Below are positions 37,521 to 47,528 of a DNA stretch of 50,720 nucleotides, in pieces (within the stretch, counting starts at the first letter, position 1; the number at the start of each line of letters is the position of its first letter). The stretch covers positions 1-50,720 of the forward strand of contig JAZQOD010000209.1 in the NCBI GenBank assembly GCA_045627685.1. Direction: 5' to 3'. Source of the stretch: Prevotella sp. (lineage in GTDB: Bacteria; Bacteroidota; Bacteroidia; Bacteroidales; Bacteroidaceae). Under the pieces are notes generated by a model. It was not told where the DNA came from. It did not search any database and saw nothing but the letters and a program-made list of their open reading frames with translations. The translations under genes and the position numbers were made by a program.

Positions 37521-39197
37521 ATGAAGAAAATGAGAAGATACATTTTTACTATTGTTCTTGTGTTCTCTGCAATCAGCAGTTGGGCTTGCACAAATGTTAT
37601 GGTCGGCAAGAAAGCATCCGTTGACGGATCTGTGATGTGCTCCTACAACAACGACGGATATGGAGGCTATGCCACGGTCGATATTCTCCCTGGCGGCGAG
37701 TTTGCCAAAGGCACAAAGGTGCCGCTCTCTCGCTGGCAATGGGCTGTTCCTGACACCATCATGCAGGCTGAGCATGTCTATCGTGTGGTGCATCGCATCA
37801 ACGAATACCAGGTGACTATCGGCGAGACAACCTTCGATGGTCGTCCGGAACTGGTGAACCCAGAGGGCATGATCAACTACCCGCAGTTGATGGAACTGGG
37901 ACTCCAGCGTGCGAAGACTGCCCGCGAGGCAATAAAGGTCATGGCGCAGATGGTCGAGGAATATGGCTACAACTCTTCGGGCGAGACATTCTCTGTCTGC
38001 GACAAGAACGAGGCGTGGATAATGGAGATTATCGGCAAGGGACCGGGCAACAAGGGTGCTGTATGGGCTGCCATCCGTATTCCTGACGATTGTATCTGCG
38101 TTCACGCCAACCAGAGTCGTATCGACAAGATTCCGTTTGGCGACAAAGAGAATTGTATGTACTCAAAAGATGTGGTGAAGTTTGCTCGCGAGAAGGGATA
38201 CTTCACCGGCAAGGACAAGGATTTCAGTTTCTGCGATGCTTACTGCCCTATCGACATGAGCGGCCGCCGTTTCTGCGAGGCTCGCGTGTGGAGCATTATG
38301 AGCAAGTGGGGCGACAAGGAACTGATGGAGCCTTACCTGAAATTCGTCACTGGCGAGAGCGATGTCAAACTGCCACTTTATATCCGCCCTAAGCAGAAAC
38401 TGTCGGTTCGCGATGTGAAGAATGCCATGCGCGACCATTTCGAAGGCACTCCTCTTTCGCTTGAAGACGACTGTTCATGGGGACCTTACTGCTCGCCTTA
38501 CCGCCCTTCTCCTATTATATATAAGGTGGATGGCAATGAATATCACCACGAGCGTACCGTTGGCTGTGCCGTATCAATATATTCCATGGTGGCACAGATG
38601 CGCGACTGGTTGCCTGATGATATCGGCGGTGTACTGTGGTATGGTGCCGACGACGCTAACGGAGTGGCATACGTACCGTTCTACTGCACTTGTGAACGAG
38701 TGCCTGATGCCTTCGACGACAAGCGTAGCGAGGGTGGCGGCAGCAAGTTCTCTTTCAAGTCGGCATTCTGGATGTGCAACTGGGTGAGCAACATGGTTTA
38801 TCAGCGCTATATTCTGATGATTGACGACCTGCGCCTGTTCCGCGATGGTCTTGATGATGACTTTGAAAACCGTCAGGCTTCTATCGAGAAAGAAGCATTG
38901 GCTCTTTATAACGACAATCCTGCAAAAGCCCGCGAGATGCTCACCGGCTATACCGAGCGATGCACAACAGAGATGATGGACACATGGATGCAACTGGCAC
39001 AGTTCCTTATCGTGAAATACAACGACTTCAAGGTGCTTGAGTCAGAAGGCAAGGAGTTCAAGGAGGGCTGGGGACATTTCCATAACTATCCAGTATCCGA
39101 GGAGTTCCGCCGCCAGGCTGTAAACACTTCGGGCGACCGCTTCCGTGTTCGCAAGAAGGAAGACAACAATGTCCATCAGGATGTAATGAGTAAGTAA
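37521..39197 (+). CDS. C69-family dipeptidase (Ntn hydrolase), exported
   Basis: Signal peptide then A-CTN (N-terminal Cys nucleophile), INEYQVTIGETTF, HANQSRI, MRDHFEGT. Start at ATG 37521 or 37530. Confidence 0.9.
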   Translation: MKKMRRYIFTIVLVFSAISSWACTNVMVGKKASVDGSVMCSYNNDGYGGYATVDILPGGEFAKGTKVPLSRWQWAVPDTIMQAEHVYRVVHRINEYQVTIGETTFDGRPELVNPEGMINYPQLMELGLQRAKTAREAIKVMAQMVEEYGYNSSGETFSVCDKNEAWIMEIIGKGPGNKGAVWAAIRIPDDCICVHANQSRIDKIPFGDKENCMYSKDVVKFAREKGYFTGKDKDFSFCDAYCPIDMSGRRFCEARVWSIMSKWGDKELMEPYLKFVTGESDVKLPLYIRPKQKLSVRDVKNAMRDHFEGTPLSLEDDCSWGPYCSPYRPSPIIYKVDGNEYHHERTVGCAVSIYSMVAQMRDWLPDDIGGVLWYGADDANGVAYVPFYCTCERVPDAFDDKRSEGGGSKFSFKSAFWMCNWVSNMVYQRYILMIDDLRLFRDGLDDDFENRQASIEKEALALYNDNPAKAREMLTGYTERCTTEMMDTWMQLAQFLIVKYNDFKVLESEGKEFKEGWGHFHNYPVSEEFRRQAVNTSGDRFRVRKKEDNNVHQDVMSK

Positions 39198-39199
39198 TA

Positions 39200-41287
39200 A
39201 TGAAAAAAAATAAATTCTTCACTCTTCACCCTTCACTCTTCGTTTTAGCGGCATTATCCGTGCTGCTTCTCACCTCTTGTGCCATCGACAAAAACATGAA
39301 GAAGGGCGAAAAGTACCTTGCTCTTGGCGAATACTACGATGCCGCCAACGAATTCAAGAAGGCATATAGCAAGACTTCACCTAAAGAAAAGGAGAAGCGT
39401 GGCGAGCGTGCCCTGAAGATGGCTCACTGCTACGAGCGTTCTCTGCAGACGCAGAAGGCTATCGCTGCCTACAAGAATGCCATTCGTTACAATGTGGCTA
39501 CTCCCGAGCATCGCCTGAACTATGCCCGCCTTCTCCTCAAAAACGGTGAATACAAGAATGCTATCAACGAGTTCAGCATTGTGCTCGACTCCCTTCCCGG
39601 CAACAAACTGGCACTGGCGGGTATCGAGTCGGCTAAGAACGCTCCGGAGATAAAACAACTCGGTTCACGCTACACGGTGAAGAAGATGGATGTATTCAAC
39701 TCGCGTCGTGCGGAATATTCACCGGCTCTCTTCGGCGACCAGTTCGACCAGTTGTATTTCACCTCTACTCGCAACGAGGCTGAGGGTGATGAGTTGTCGG
39801 GCATCACTGGCACAAAGCCTGCCGACATCTTTGTTTCTACAAAGGACGACAAGGGGAAATGGAGCAAACCGGAACAGGTGCAGGGCGGATTGAACACAGC
39901 CTACGATGAGGGTGCTTGCACCTTCTCGCCTGACGGTCGCGAGATGTATCTCACACAGTGTGTCGAGGATGCTTCCTATCCTCGCTACGCACAGATTGTG
40001 AAGAGTTCCCGCTCTGATGCCTCGTGGGGTAAGGTGTCTGAGGTGAAAATCACCAACGATACCCTTACGTCTTACGCTCATCCAGCAATCTCGCCAGACA
40101 ACGAGTGGCTGTATTTCGTCAGCGACATGCCGGGGGGCAAAGGTGGTCTCGACATCTGGCGTGTACGATTCACATCGGCAGGCATGGGTGGTGTGGAGAA
40201 TCTCGGTTCACCAATCAACACCGAGGGTGACGAGATGTTCCCGGTATTCCGTCCTAACGGCGATTTCTATTTTTCGTCTAACGGACATCCTGGCATGGGA
40301 GGCCTCGACATATTCATAGCAAAGGTTGGCGACGACCGCAAATATCATCTTGAGCATCCTGGATATCCGCTCAACTCGCAGGGCGATGACTTCGGCATGA
40401 CTTTCGAAGGTCCTTACAACCGTGGTTTCTTCTCGTCAAACCGAGGCGATGGTCGTGGTTGGGATCACATCTACTCATTCGATAACCCAGAGATTGTGCA
40501 GAATGTTGTTGGATGGGTTTACGAACAGGATGGTTACGAACTGCATGAGGCGGAGGTGTTTATCGTGGCGAACGACGGTACCAACCAGCGTATCGGTGTG
40601 AAGAGCGATGGTTCGTTCTCTTATCAGGTGACACCGGGCGTTGACTATCTGTTCCTCGCCACATGCAAAGGCTACCTCAACCACAAGGAGGAACTGAGCG
40701 TGAAACAGGCTGAGGAATCTGAGGAATATACCCTGCAGTTTGCTTTGCCATCGATATCATCGCCTGTGCTCATCGAGAATATCTTCTACGATTTCGACAA
40801 GGCAACCCTTCGCGAGGAATCTACTGAGGCTCTCGACAAACTCGTGGAGATGCTCAACGAGAATCCAAACATCACAATCGAACTGGCGGCTCATTGCGAC
40901 TCGCGTGGTGCTGATGCCTACAACAAGCGCCTGTCTCAACTGCGTGCAGAAAGTGTAGTGAACTATCTCATCGAACACGGCATTGCCACTGAGCGACTCA
41001 CCCCAGTGGGATATGGCGAGGAGCGTCCGAAGAAGGTGAAGAAGAAACTCACCGAAAAACTGCCTTGGCTCAAAGAAGGTGAGGAACTTACGGAAGAGTT
41101 CATCAACAAACTTGACGAAGAGAAGCAGGAGGCGTGTCATCAGTTAAACCGTCGTACCGAGTTCCGTGTGCTCCGCACTACTTATGGCATGTTCGATGAG
41201 AACGGCAACCTCAAAGAGGATATGCTCCCAAAGAAGAAGCAAGAAACCAACAACTCTTCCGACGAAGATTTTGAAATAGATTTCTAA
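39200..41287 (+). CDS. porE: PorE-like T9SS-associated lipoprotein (TPR, PD40 propeller, OmpA C-terminal domain)
   Basis: Lipobox LTSC, TPR helices, PD40 repeats (YFTSTR, YFVSDMPGG, YFSSNGH), IFYDFDK, AHCDSRG..YNKRLS..RA, NRRTEF. Confidence 0.85.
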   Translation: MKKNKFFTLHPSLFVLAALSVLLLTSCAIDKNMKKGEKYLALGEYYDAANEFKKAYSKTSPKEKEKRGERALKMAHCYERSLQTQKAIAAYKNAIRYNVATPEHRLNYARLLLKNGEYKNAINEFSIVLDSLPGNKLALAGIESAKNAPEIKQLGSRYTVKKMDVFNSRRAEYSPALFGDQFDQLYFTSTRNEAEGDELSGITGTKPADIFVSTKDDKGKWSKPEQVQGGLNTAYDEGACTFSPDGREMYLTQCVEDASYPRYAQIVKSSRSDASWGKVSEVKITNDTLTSYAHPAISPDNEWLYFVSDMPGGKGGLDIWRVRFTSAGMGGVENLGSPINTEGDEMFPVFRPNGDFYFSSNGHPGMGGLDIFIAKVGDDRKYHLEHPGYPLNSQGDDFGMTFEGPYNRGFFSSNRGDGRGWDHIYSFDNPEIVQNVVGWVYEQDGYELHEAEVFIVANDGTNQRIGVKSDGSFSYQVTPGVDYLFLATCKGYLNHKEELSVKQAEESEEYTLQFALPSISSPVLIENIFYDFDKATLREESTEALDKLVEMLNENPNITIELAAHCDSRGADAYNKRLSQLRAESVVNYLIEHGIATERLTPVGYGEERPKKVKKKLTEKLPWLKEGEELTEEFINKLDEEKQEACHQLNRRTEFRVLRTTYGMFDENGNLKEDMLPKKKQETNNSSDEDFEIDF

Positions 41288-42588
41288 TGAAGCACCTACC
41301 TGTTGAATTTGAAGAATATACTCGCACCTTGTTTGGTAAAGAGCGTTACCAGCGATTCATTGCATCATTCGACGAAGAACCGCCGGTAAGTATCCGCCTG
41401 AACCCGTTCAAGCCTATCGAGGGTACACCTGACGCTGCACCATCCACTGCAGATGATTCTTCGCTTTTCGCTTTTCACTCTTCACTTAAAAATCCTGTGC
41501 CATGGTGCAGGAATGCGTTTCGTTTGGAATCGCGTCCGGATTTCACTCTCGACCCACTACTCCACGCGGGCTGTTACTATGTGCAGGAGGCTGGTTCAAT
41601 GTTTCTCGACGAAGTCCTGAGACAACTCTCCACTCTTCACTCTCCACTTAATACCCTTGACCTTTGTGCTGCACCTGGTGGAAAGTCCACACTGCTCCGT
41701 GCGGCTCTTCCTGAAGAATGTGTGTTGTATTCCAACGAACCTGATCATCGCCGTGCGAACATTCTCATGGAAAATATGCAGAAGCAAGGACACCCGAATG
41801 TCGTTGTGACCAACAACTATGCTCGCGACTACCAGAAATCCAAGTTGCTGTTTGATCTCATCCTCACCGATGTACCTTGTTCGGGTGAAGGTATGTTCCG
41901 CAAAGACGCTGGAGCAATTAGTGAATGGAGCATCGCCAATGTATTGAAATGCAGAGACTTACAGCGCAGCATCATTGAGGATATTTGGCCTTGTCTGCGT
42001 GAGGGCGGAATACTCATCTACTCCACCTGCACCTTCAACACTCGTGAGAACGAGGAGAATGTAAAATGGATATGCGAGGAGTTAGGGGCAGAGATTATTC
42101 CTATCGAGATAAAGCCGGAATGGGGAATTACAGGTTCTCTGCTTGAAGGTTTCAACGAACCTGTCTATCGCTTCATCCCAGGCATCACACCGACCGAAGG
42201 ACTGTTTATGGCAGTACTGAAAAAAATGCCTCACCCCCAGCCCCTCTCCCACGAGGCGAGGGGAGTAAATACCCAAAAAGCACTTAAGTGTCTGAAGGTA
42301 TTATCCAACGGTGAATATAAGGGTGAAATCAAGGGAAAAGCCATTATCCCCGAACATGCGGAGGCTTTGCTGATAAACCTGCCCGCTGACAAATATCCGC
42401 ATGTGGAACTCGACTTAGACACAGCCCTCCACTACCTGCGTCGTGAGGCAATCGTCCTTCCTCCAGAAGCACCGCGCGGATATGTCATCGTCACATACAA
42501 GGGGAAGCATCTCGGTTTCGTTAAGAATTTAGGTAATAGAGCAAATAACATGTATCCACAGGAGTGGAGAATAAGAAAAGAAATATGA
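41287..42588 (+). CDS. RsmF/RsmB (NOL1/NOP2/Sun) RNA m5C methyltransferase with three repeat-derived segments
   Basis: YYVQEAGS, DLCAAPGGKS, DVPCSGEGMFRK, YSTCTF..ENE, C-terminal PUA-like domain ending RANNMYP. Confidence 0.92.
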   Translation: MKHLPVEFEEYTRTLFGKERYQRFIASFDEEPPVSIRLNPFKPIEGTPDAAPSTADDSSLFAFHSSLKNPVPWCRNAFRLESRPDFTLDPLLHAGCYYVQEAGSMFLDEVLRQLSTLHSPLNTLDLCAAPGGKSTLLRAALPEECVLYSNEPDHRRANILMENMQKQGHPNVVVTNNYARDYQKSKLLFDLILTDVPCSGEGMFRKDAGAISEWSIANVLKCRDLQRSIIEDIWPCLREGGILIYSTCTFNTRENEENVKWICEELGAEIIPIEIKPEWGITGSLLEGFNEPVYRFIPGITPTEGLFMAVLKKMPHPQPLSHEARGVNTQKALKCLKVLSNGEYKGEIKGKAIIPEHAEALLINLPADKYPHVELDLDTALHYLRREAIVLPPEAPRGYVIVTYKGKHLGFVKNLGNRANNMYPQEWRIRKEI

Positions 42589-43073
42589 TAAGTATTATAT
42601 CTGCAGTATCCGCTAATCTCGCCATTGGCTTTGAGAACAAACTCATCTATTGGTTGCCTAACGACCTGAAGCGTTTCAAGGCACTCACCACCGGCCATAC
42701 CATCATCATGGGTCGCCGCACATTCGAGAGTCTTCCTAAGGGAGCACTCCCAAACCGTCGTAATATCGTGCTGAGCCGTTCCGGCAAACCAGAGGACTTC
42801 CCTGGTTGCGATCTCTATGCATCGCTCGAAGAAGCCCTCGACCACTGCACTGCCGAAGAGGATGTTTATATAATAGGTGGCAACTCGGTTTATCAGGCAG
42901 CAATGCCTCTCGCCGACCGTCTCTGCCTCACCCTCGTTCATGACACTCCCGCACAAGCCGACACCTTCTTCCCTGATTTCGCAGAAGGATGGAAGGAAGT
43001 ATGGCGCGAGGATCACGACATCGACGAGCGTCATGCCCAGCGCTATTCCTTCGTAGATTACGAACGCGCGTAG
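42585..43073 (+). CDS. folA: Dihydrofolate reductase
   Basis: IGFENKL..WLPNDLKRFK, IMGRRTFESL, LPNRRNIV, IIGG, ADTFFP; ATGA overlap with the methylase gene. Confidence 0.95.
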   Translation: MISIISAVSANLAIGFENKLIYWLPNDLKRFKALTTGHTIIMGRRTFESLPKGALPNRRNIVLSRSGKPEDFPGCDLYASLEEALDHCTAEEDVYIIGGNSVYQAAMPLADRLCLTLVHDTPAQADTFFPDFAEGWKEVWREDHDIDERHAQRYSFVDYERA

Positions 43074-43093
43074 AAGAATCCCTACTACCGTAT

Positions 43094-43136
43094 AAAGCAA
43101 AAGCCCCAACGTCATTCACGCTGGGGCTTTACTTTT
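43094..43136. terminator. Bidirectional intrinsic terminator between convergent folA and GH43-like genes
   Basis: AAAAGCCCCAACGT-CATTC-ACGCTGGGGCTTT with A and T tails on the two sides. Confidence 0.8.
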
Positions 43137-43141
43137 AGTAG

Positions 43142-44740
43142 TTATCTCTTCGAGAAGATGAAATCATAGAACTCGCAGAGCGATTTTTCTTTCGTCTTAG
43201 ATGTGAACACGAAGAACAGCGCCTGCTTGCCTTTCTTTGCAGGAATGCCCGAGACAGCACAACTTACATTGGTTGCTTTCTGCGGCATGTCGCCACGAAG
43301 TTGTATCTCACCAATCTGCTTACCACCGAAACGTTCATCAGGATTGCCAATCATCACCTTGATTGTACCGTCAACGCCTTGTGGAAGGATGTTGAGAGTC
43401 AGCAAACCTTCTGCACCCAACTTCTTGAAATCAAAATACTTATAGCCCACCACCGAACCAGCGGTGTTGTTCACAACAGGCGAAATCGGCATCTTATAAC
43501 TGTAAGGCCATTGCATTGACGACTGGTCGATGCGTGTAGGGAGAATATGCGAACCCGAGAAGAAGAACTTTGGATAGGCACTTGTAATAGGCGAAGGACC
43601 TGTGTAATAGCAGGCAATGCCGGCAGTGGTTCTCTCCAATGGGTTCAAACCTTCTATTGCGAAACCCTCTGATGTGTACTCGCCTTCGCTGATAGTGACC
43701 TTGCCACCTCTACCCTTCTCTACCTTTACGGTGATTGGTGCAGCCATCGCCTGGCGCGAGAATTCGTCGCCTCCTGTCTGACGGTGATATACCACCCACC
43801 ATTGGCCGTTTGCCTCAAAGATGCTGCCATGTGTGTTGCCACCCGGATGGGCTGTTGGAACGGTCTTTCCGGTGACAGGGTCAGTGGCGCGTGCTCTACC
43901 GTCTATGATTGTGCCGCCATAGGTGAACGGACCTAACGGATTGTCACCGTATGCGTAAGCCAGAGTGTAGTTGGATGATGGCAAACCAAACTCACCCTCG
44001 CGTGTCCAGCGGCTGTAAATGAACACATATTTATCCTCAATCTTGCGCATCGACGATGCCTCGAAGAATCGGTACAGTTCATCTTGCTTGTTGCTTGGCA
44101 CGAGGTTCTCCACAAGGGTGCCAGGCTTTATTGTTGCCATTGTCACTGGGTCGAGTTCTGCGGCAAACGACTGCTCAAATCCCCAATAGCCATACACCTT
44201 CCCATCGTCGTCGATGAAGACGGCTGGATCGAAACGCAAGTCACCGATGGTCTCGTTTGGTTTTTCTGGATTCCAGTTGATAACCTCAAACGGACCGTCT
44301 GGGCGCTTCGACTTTGCCACCAGTCCCTGTCGGCCGCCCTCCTGATCGTTAGGATACAGGAAGTAGGTCTTTGTGCCATCAGCCTCATTGCGCACTGCCA
44401 TATCTGGAGCATAGAGCATATCGCCACGACCGCTCTCATGGAGTTGACGACCGTCAGCACCGTGGGTGACTTTCAGTGTCACACCGTCATATCGCCAATC
44501 ACACAGGTTCTCTACAGGTGCCGACCATACCACCTGCTCAAAGCCGCAGTACTGAGTAATCTCTGAGTCGTGCGAACCATATACATACACACGGAAATGT
44601 CCTGGCTTGTCTGGGTCTTCAAACACATACGGTTCTCCGTCGGGGATATATTCCCACAGAGGCAGGAACGGATTCTGTGCACTTACCGAGATGGCAAACA
44701 TCGCCATCAGCAACAATGCAATCTTCTTCATTGTATTCAT
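43142..44740 (-). CDS. GH43-like glycoside hydrolase with a C-terminal CBM6-like domain
   Basis: Signal peptide, PDGEPYVF, YVYGSHD, YAPD, FDPAVFIDDDG, FFEASS, NTHGSI, GYKYFDF. Confidence 0.82.
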   Translation of the reverse strand: MNTMKKIALLLMAMFAISVSAQNPFLPLWEYIPDGEPYVFEDPDKPGHFRVYVYGSHDSEITQYCGFEQVVWSAPVENLCDWRYDGVTLKVTHGADGRQLHESGRGDMLYAPDMAVRNEADGTKTYFLYPNDQEGGRQGLVAKSKRPDGPFEVINWNPEKPNETIGDLRFDPAVFIDDDGKVYGYWGFEQSFAAELDPVTMATIKPGTLVENLVPSNKQDELYRFFEASSMRKIEDKYVFIYSRWTREGEFGLPSSNYTLAYAYGDNPLGPFTYGGTIIDGRARATDPVTGKTVPTAHPGGNTHGSIFEANGQWWVVYHRQTGGDEFSRQAMAAPITVKVEKGRGGKVTISEGEYTSEGFAIEGLNPLERTTAGIACYYTGPSPITSAYPKFFFSGSHILPTRIDQSSMQWPYSYKMPISPVVNNTAGSVVGYKYFDFKKLGAEGLLTLNILPQGVDGTIKVMIGNPDERFGGKQIGEIQLRGDMPQKATNVSCAVSGIPAKKGKQALFFVFTSKTKEKSLCEFYDFIFSKR

Positions 44741-44800
44741 AATATTTGCTTATTCAATGGCAATGATATACAATTAGGCATAAATATAATTAATGAATAA

Positions 44801-44906
44801 ATTCGTGGATAATTCGTGGTCATTCGTGTTCAAAATAAATAATGCCTGCGGCGCTACATAAATTTTCCATGAATTTACCATAAATTTTCCCATAAATTAT
44901 TTCATG
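44801..44906. repeat. Composite element: inverted 10-11-nt repeat arms around GCCTGCGGC
   Basis: Three ATTCGTG-based units (44801-44831), core at 44844-44852, about four AATTTTCCAT-like units (44861-44906). Confidence 0.7.
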
Positions 44907-44936
44907 TGACAAATGGTATATCGTTTCCATTTTTCT

Positions 44937-47246
44937 TTACTTCTTCATTTTCATTTTGAGTTCGCCGCCCTTCACGAAGTCAGCAAACTTCAATCTTCCA
45001 TTGGTCTTCTTGCCATTGAGCACAGGCATGCTGCGATATACATTCTTCTTTGAGTTGCCCATTGCGGTGATGACAAACTCCTTGCCCTCATAGTAATCCT
45101 GGTTCAAGCGGATTGCAACCTTGTCGAACAAAGGACTGCCGATAGCAAACTCTGGTTCTGGTGCTGTCAGACCGTGAACATCGAACAAGCCGATAGAAGA
45201 GATGACATACCATGCGCCAAGTTGTCCCTGATCCTCGTCCTGACCATAGCCGTAGCCGTGGATACCGTCAGTGCCATAGAACTCATCGCAGATAGCACGA
45301 ACCCACTTCTGTGACAGTTCTGGGCGACCGCTGTAGTTAAAGAGCCATGAGATATGGAGGCAAGGCTGGTTGCCCTGATTGTAATATGTGCGAAGACCAG
45401 CGAAGGCGTCAATCTCCTTACCACCCGAGAATATCTGTGGCTGTGAAGCAGCGAAGATTCCGTCAAGGCGCTTGTTGAATTCTGCTGCACCAACCTTTGC
45501 TATCAGTTCCTCTGGCATGTGAGGCACATAGAAGGTGTACTGAACAGCGTTACCTTCCTGGAAGCCACGCCACACCTGCATTGGGTCGAAACTCTCAATG
45601 AACTTGCCATCACGGGTACGAGGGTGCATGTAACCTGTCTCCTCGTCGAAGATGCGCTCCCATCCGCGAGCCATCCACATCAGTTTGTCGTAGTATTCTG
45701 TCTTGCCAAGGCTCTTTGCCAACTGTGCTGTTGCCCATGCAGAGAACGAATATTCAAGGGTGTGCGAGCCTGAGAAATAGAAATCCTCACCTGGCTCACC
45801 GAGGTTCTTGTGAGGTGCATAACCCAACTCAACAAAGTCGGTTGTGTCATCCTTGCCTGCTCCTGCAGGACGGCGGTTACCGTCCATCTCGTTCTTCAGA
45901 CAAGCCTCGTAGGCGAGTTCAAGGTCGAAATCGCGGATGCCACACTGATAAGCGGCATCAATCATCAATGGCAACTGGTTGGTACCTACTCCCGACACGA
46001 ACTTCGAGTTGGCAAGACCGTCTGCCAGCCAGCCACTGTCCTTGTACTGCTGGAGTGTTGAAGAAACAAACTCAGAGAGATGCTCTGGGTAAGCCATTGC
46101 CCACAACTGGGTGAGGTTCCATTGACCTCCCCACATTGCATCGGTGTTGTACATACGATACTGTGGGCGACCGTCCTTCATCGGAACCTGTCCGATTGTA
46201 CCGTCATGCTTTGGATAAGCACCATTGACATCGCTCATCACACCACGACCGAGCAGTGCGTGGTAAAGACCAGTATAGAACTTTGTCAGGTCAGCCTCGT
46301 TCTTTGTCTCTACATCAATGCGTCCGAGAGCCTCCTCCCATGCCTTCTGCGATGCAGCACGCACCTCATCGAAAGTGGCTGTGCTTGCCTCAGCCTGGAG
46401 GTTGAGACGGGCATTCTGTACTGATGTATATGAGATAGCCACCTTTGCTGTAATCTGCTCACCCTCGTGAGTGTGGAATGTGAGGTATGCACCAGCACCA
46501 ATGCCATGAGCATATTTCTCATCGTTTCTTATATCATCGCCGTTATATACGCCAACGCCCACTGGTTGCTTGTCGATTTTAGCAGCGAAGTAGATACGCA
46601 GGTCGGCATTTGGCTGATATTTCTTGATATACTCCGGACGAGTAACAACCCATCCCTCTACATCACCATTCTCTGTAATCCACACCTCAGAGTCTTTCAC
46701 CTTTCCACTCTCGCCCTGCTGATGACCAACCTCGAAAATCAGATGTGCCATTCTTGACTCAGGGTATGTGAAACGCATATATGCCACACGCTCTGTCGAT
46801 GTTACCTCGGCATTGATATCATAGTCTTTGAGCATCACCTCATAGAATCCAGCCTCCGCCTTCTCCATATCGTGAGAGAACGATGAGCGGTAGCCACGAG
46901 GACCAGTACCGTCAGGATTGCCAGGGGTAGTGAGGAGCAGACCGGTGGTTGGCATGAGCGAGATACCACCAACCTGGAACTCGTGTGTGCACACGAAACC
47001 TTCTATTGATGTGTCGCGATAGTCGTAGCCGGTGGCTTGCCAGCCGTCAGCATTACCGAGTGATCCATTTGTCGATGGACCAGGCTTTGCCATACCATAA
47101 GGCATTGCGCCCGGAGCGAAATGGAACGCGCGACAGTGAGCAGTACCGATACGAGGTTCCACATACTTCAGTTTACTGTTGTTTTGTGCAAAAGCAGCAC
47201 CCACGCATGACAAAGCGAGCAGTGCAGAGAGGATGATCTTTTTCAT
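44937..47246 (-). CDS. GH92 glycoside hydrolase (alpha-mannosidase family)
   Basis: PGAMPYGM, HTLEYS, FQEGNAVQY, NQGNQP, GQDEDQGQLGAWYV, GSPLFD. Confidence 0.93.
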   Translation of the reverse strand: MKKIILSALLALSCVGAAFAQNNSKLKYVEPRIGTAHCRAFHFAPGAMPYGMAKPGPSTNGSLGNADGWQATGYDYRDTSIEGFVCTHEFQVGGISLMPTTGLLLTTPGNPDGTGPRGYRSSFSHDMEKAEAGFYEVMLKDYDINAEVTSTERVAYMRFTYPESRMAHLIFEVGHQQGESGKVKDSEVWITENGDVEGWVVTRPEYIKKYQPNADLRIYFAAKIDKQPVGVGVYNGDDIRNDEKYAHGIGAGAYLTFHTHEGEQITAKVAISYTSVQNARLNLQAEASTATFDEVRAASQKAWEEALGRIDVETKNEADLTKFYTGLYHALLGRGVMSDVNGAYPKHDGTIGQVPMKDGRPQYRMYNTDAMWGGQWNLTQLWAMAYPEHLSEFVSSTLQQYKDSGWLADGLANSKFVSGVGTNQLPLMIDAAYQCGIRDFDLELAYEACLKNEMDGNRRPAGAGKDDTTDFVELGYAPHKNLGEPGEDFYFSGSHTLEYSFSAWATAQLAKSLGKTEYYDKLMWMARGWERIFDEETGYMHPRTRDGKFIESFDPMQVWRGFQEGNAVQYTFYVPHMPEELIAKVGAAEFNKRLDGIFAASQPQIFSGGKEIDAFAGLRTYYNQGNQPCLHISWLFNYSGRPELSQKWVRAICDEFYGTDGIHGYGYGQDEDQGQLGAWYVISSIGLFDVHGLTAPEPEFAIGSPLFDKVAIRLNQDYYEGKEFVITAMGNSKKNVYRSMPVLNGKKTNGRLKFADFVKGGELKMKMKK

Positions 47247-47330
47247 TATCTTTGGTTTCAGTTTCTATTCTTCGTTTATTGGTTTTCAGTTAATTGACTC
47301 TTTGTATGGTTAGTTTTCGCTATACCAACG

Positions 47331-47338
47331 CAAAGTTA
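47331..47338 (-). promoter_or_regulatory. Bacteroidota -7 box for GH92
   Basis: TAACTTTG(CG) on the minus strand, about 85 nt upstream of the ATG. Confidence 0.55.
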
Positions 47339-47385
47339 CAAAAATATTTTAACTCTACACCATTTTTCACAGAAAAAAATAATGA

Positions 47386-47421
47386 AGCCCCCTCCCCATG
47401 AGGGGGGAGACGGAGGGGGCT
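47386..47421. repeat. REP-like palindrome
   Basis: AGCCCCCTCC ... GGAGGGGGCT, a perfect 10-bp inverted repeat. Confidence 0.75.
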
Positions 47422-47424
47422 CCC

Positions 47425-47468
47425 AAAAAACAACAGCCCGGGAGTATGTGTGATACTCTCGAACTGTT
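47425..47468 (-). terminator. Intrinsic terminator after the 47529 gene
   Basis: Minus strand AACAGTTCGAGAGTAT-CACAC-ATACTCCCGGGCTGTT then GTTTTTT. Confidence 0.75.
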
Positions 47469-47493
47469 CTATGCTTTTATTATGCTATTTTAT

Positions 47494-47528
47494 CTCCTCC
47501 TCTTACGGGGAGGTTGGGAGGGGTCTTC
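47494..47528 (-). repeat. REP-like palindrome directly after a stop codon
   Basis: Minus strand TAA-GAAGACCCCTCCCAACCTCCCCGTAAGAGGAGGAG; GAAGACCCCTCCC is identical to 50620-50632. Confidence 0.75.
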
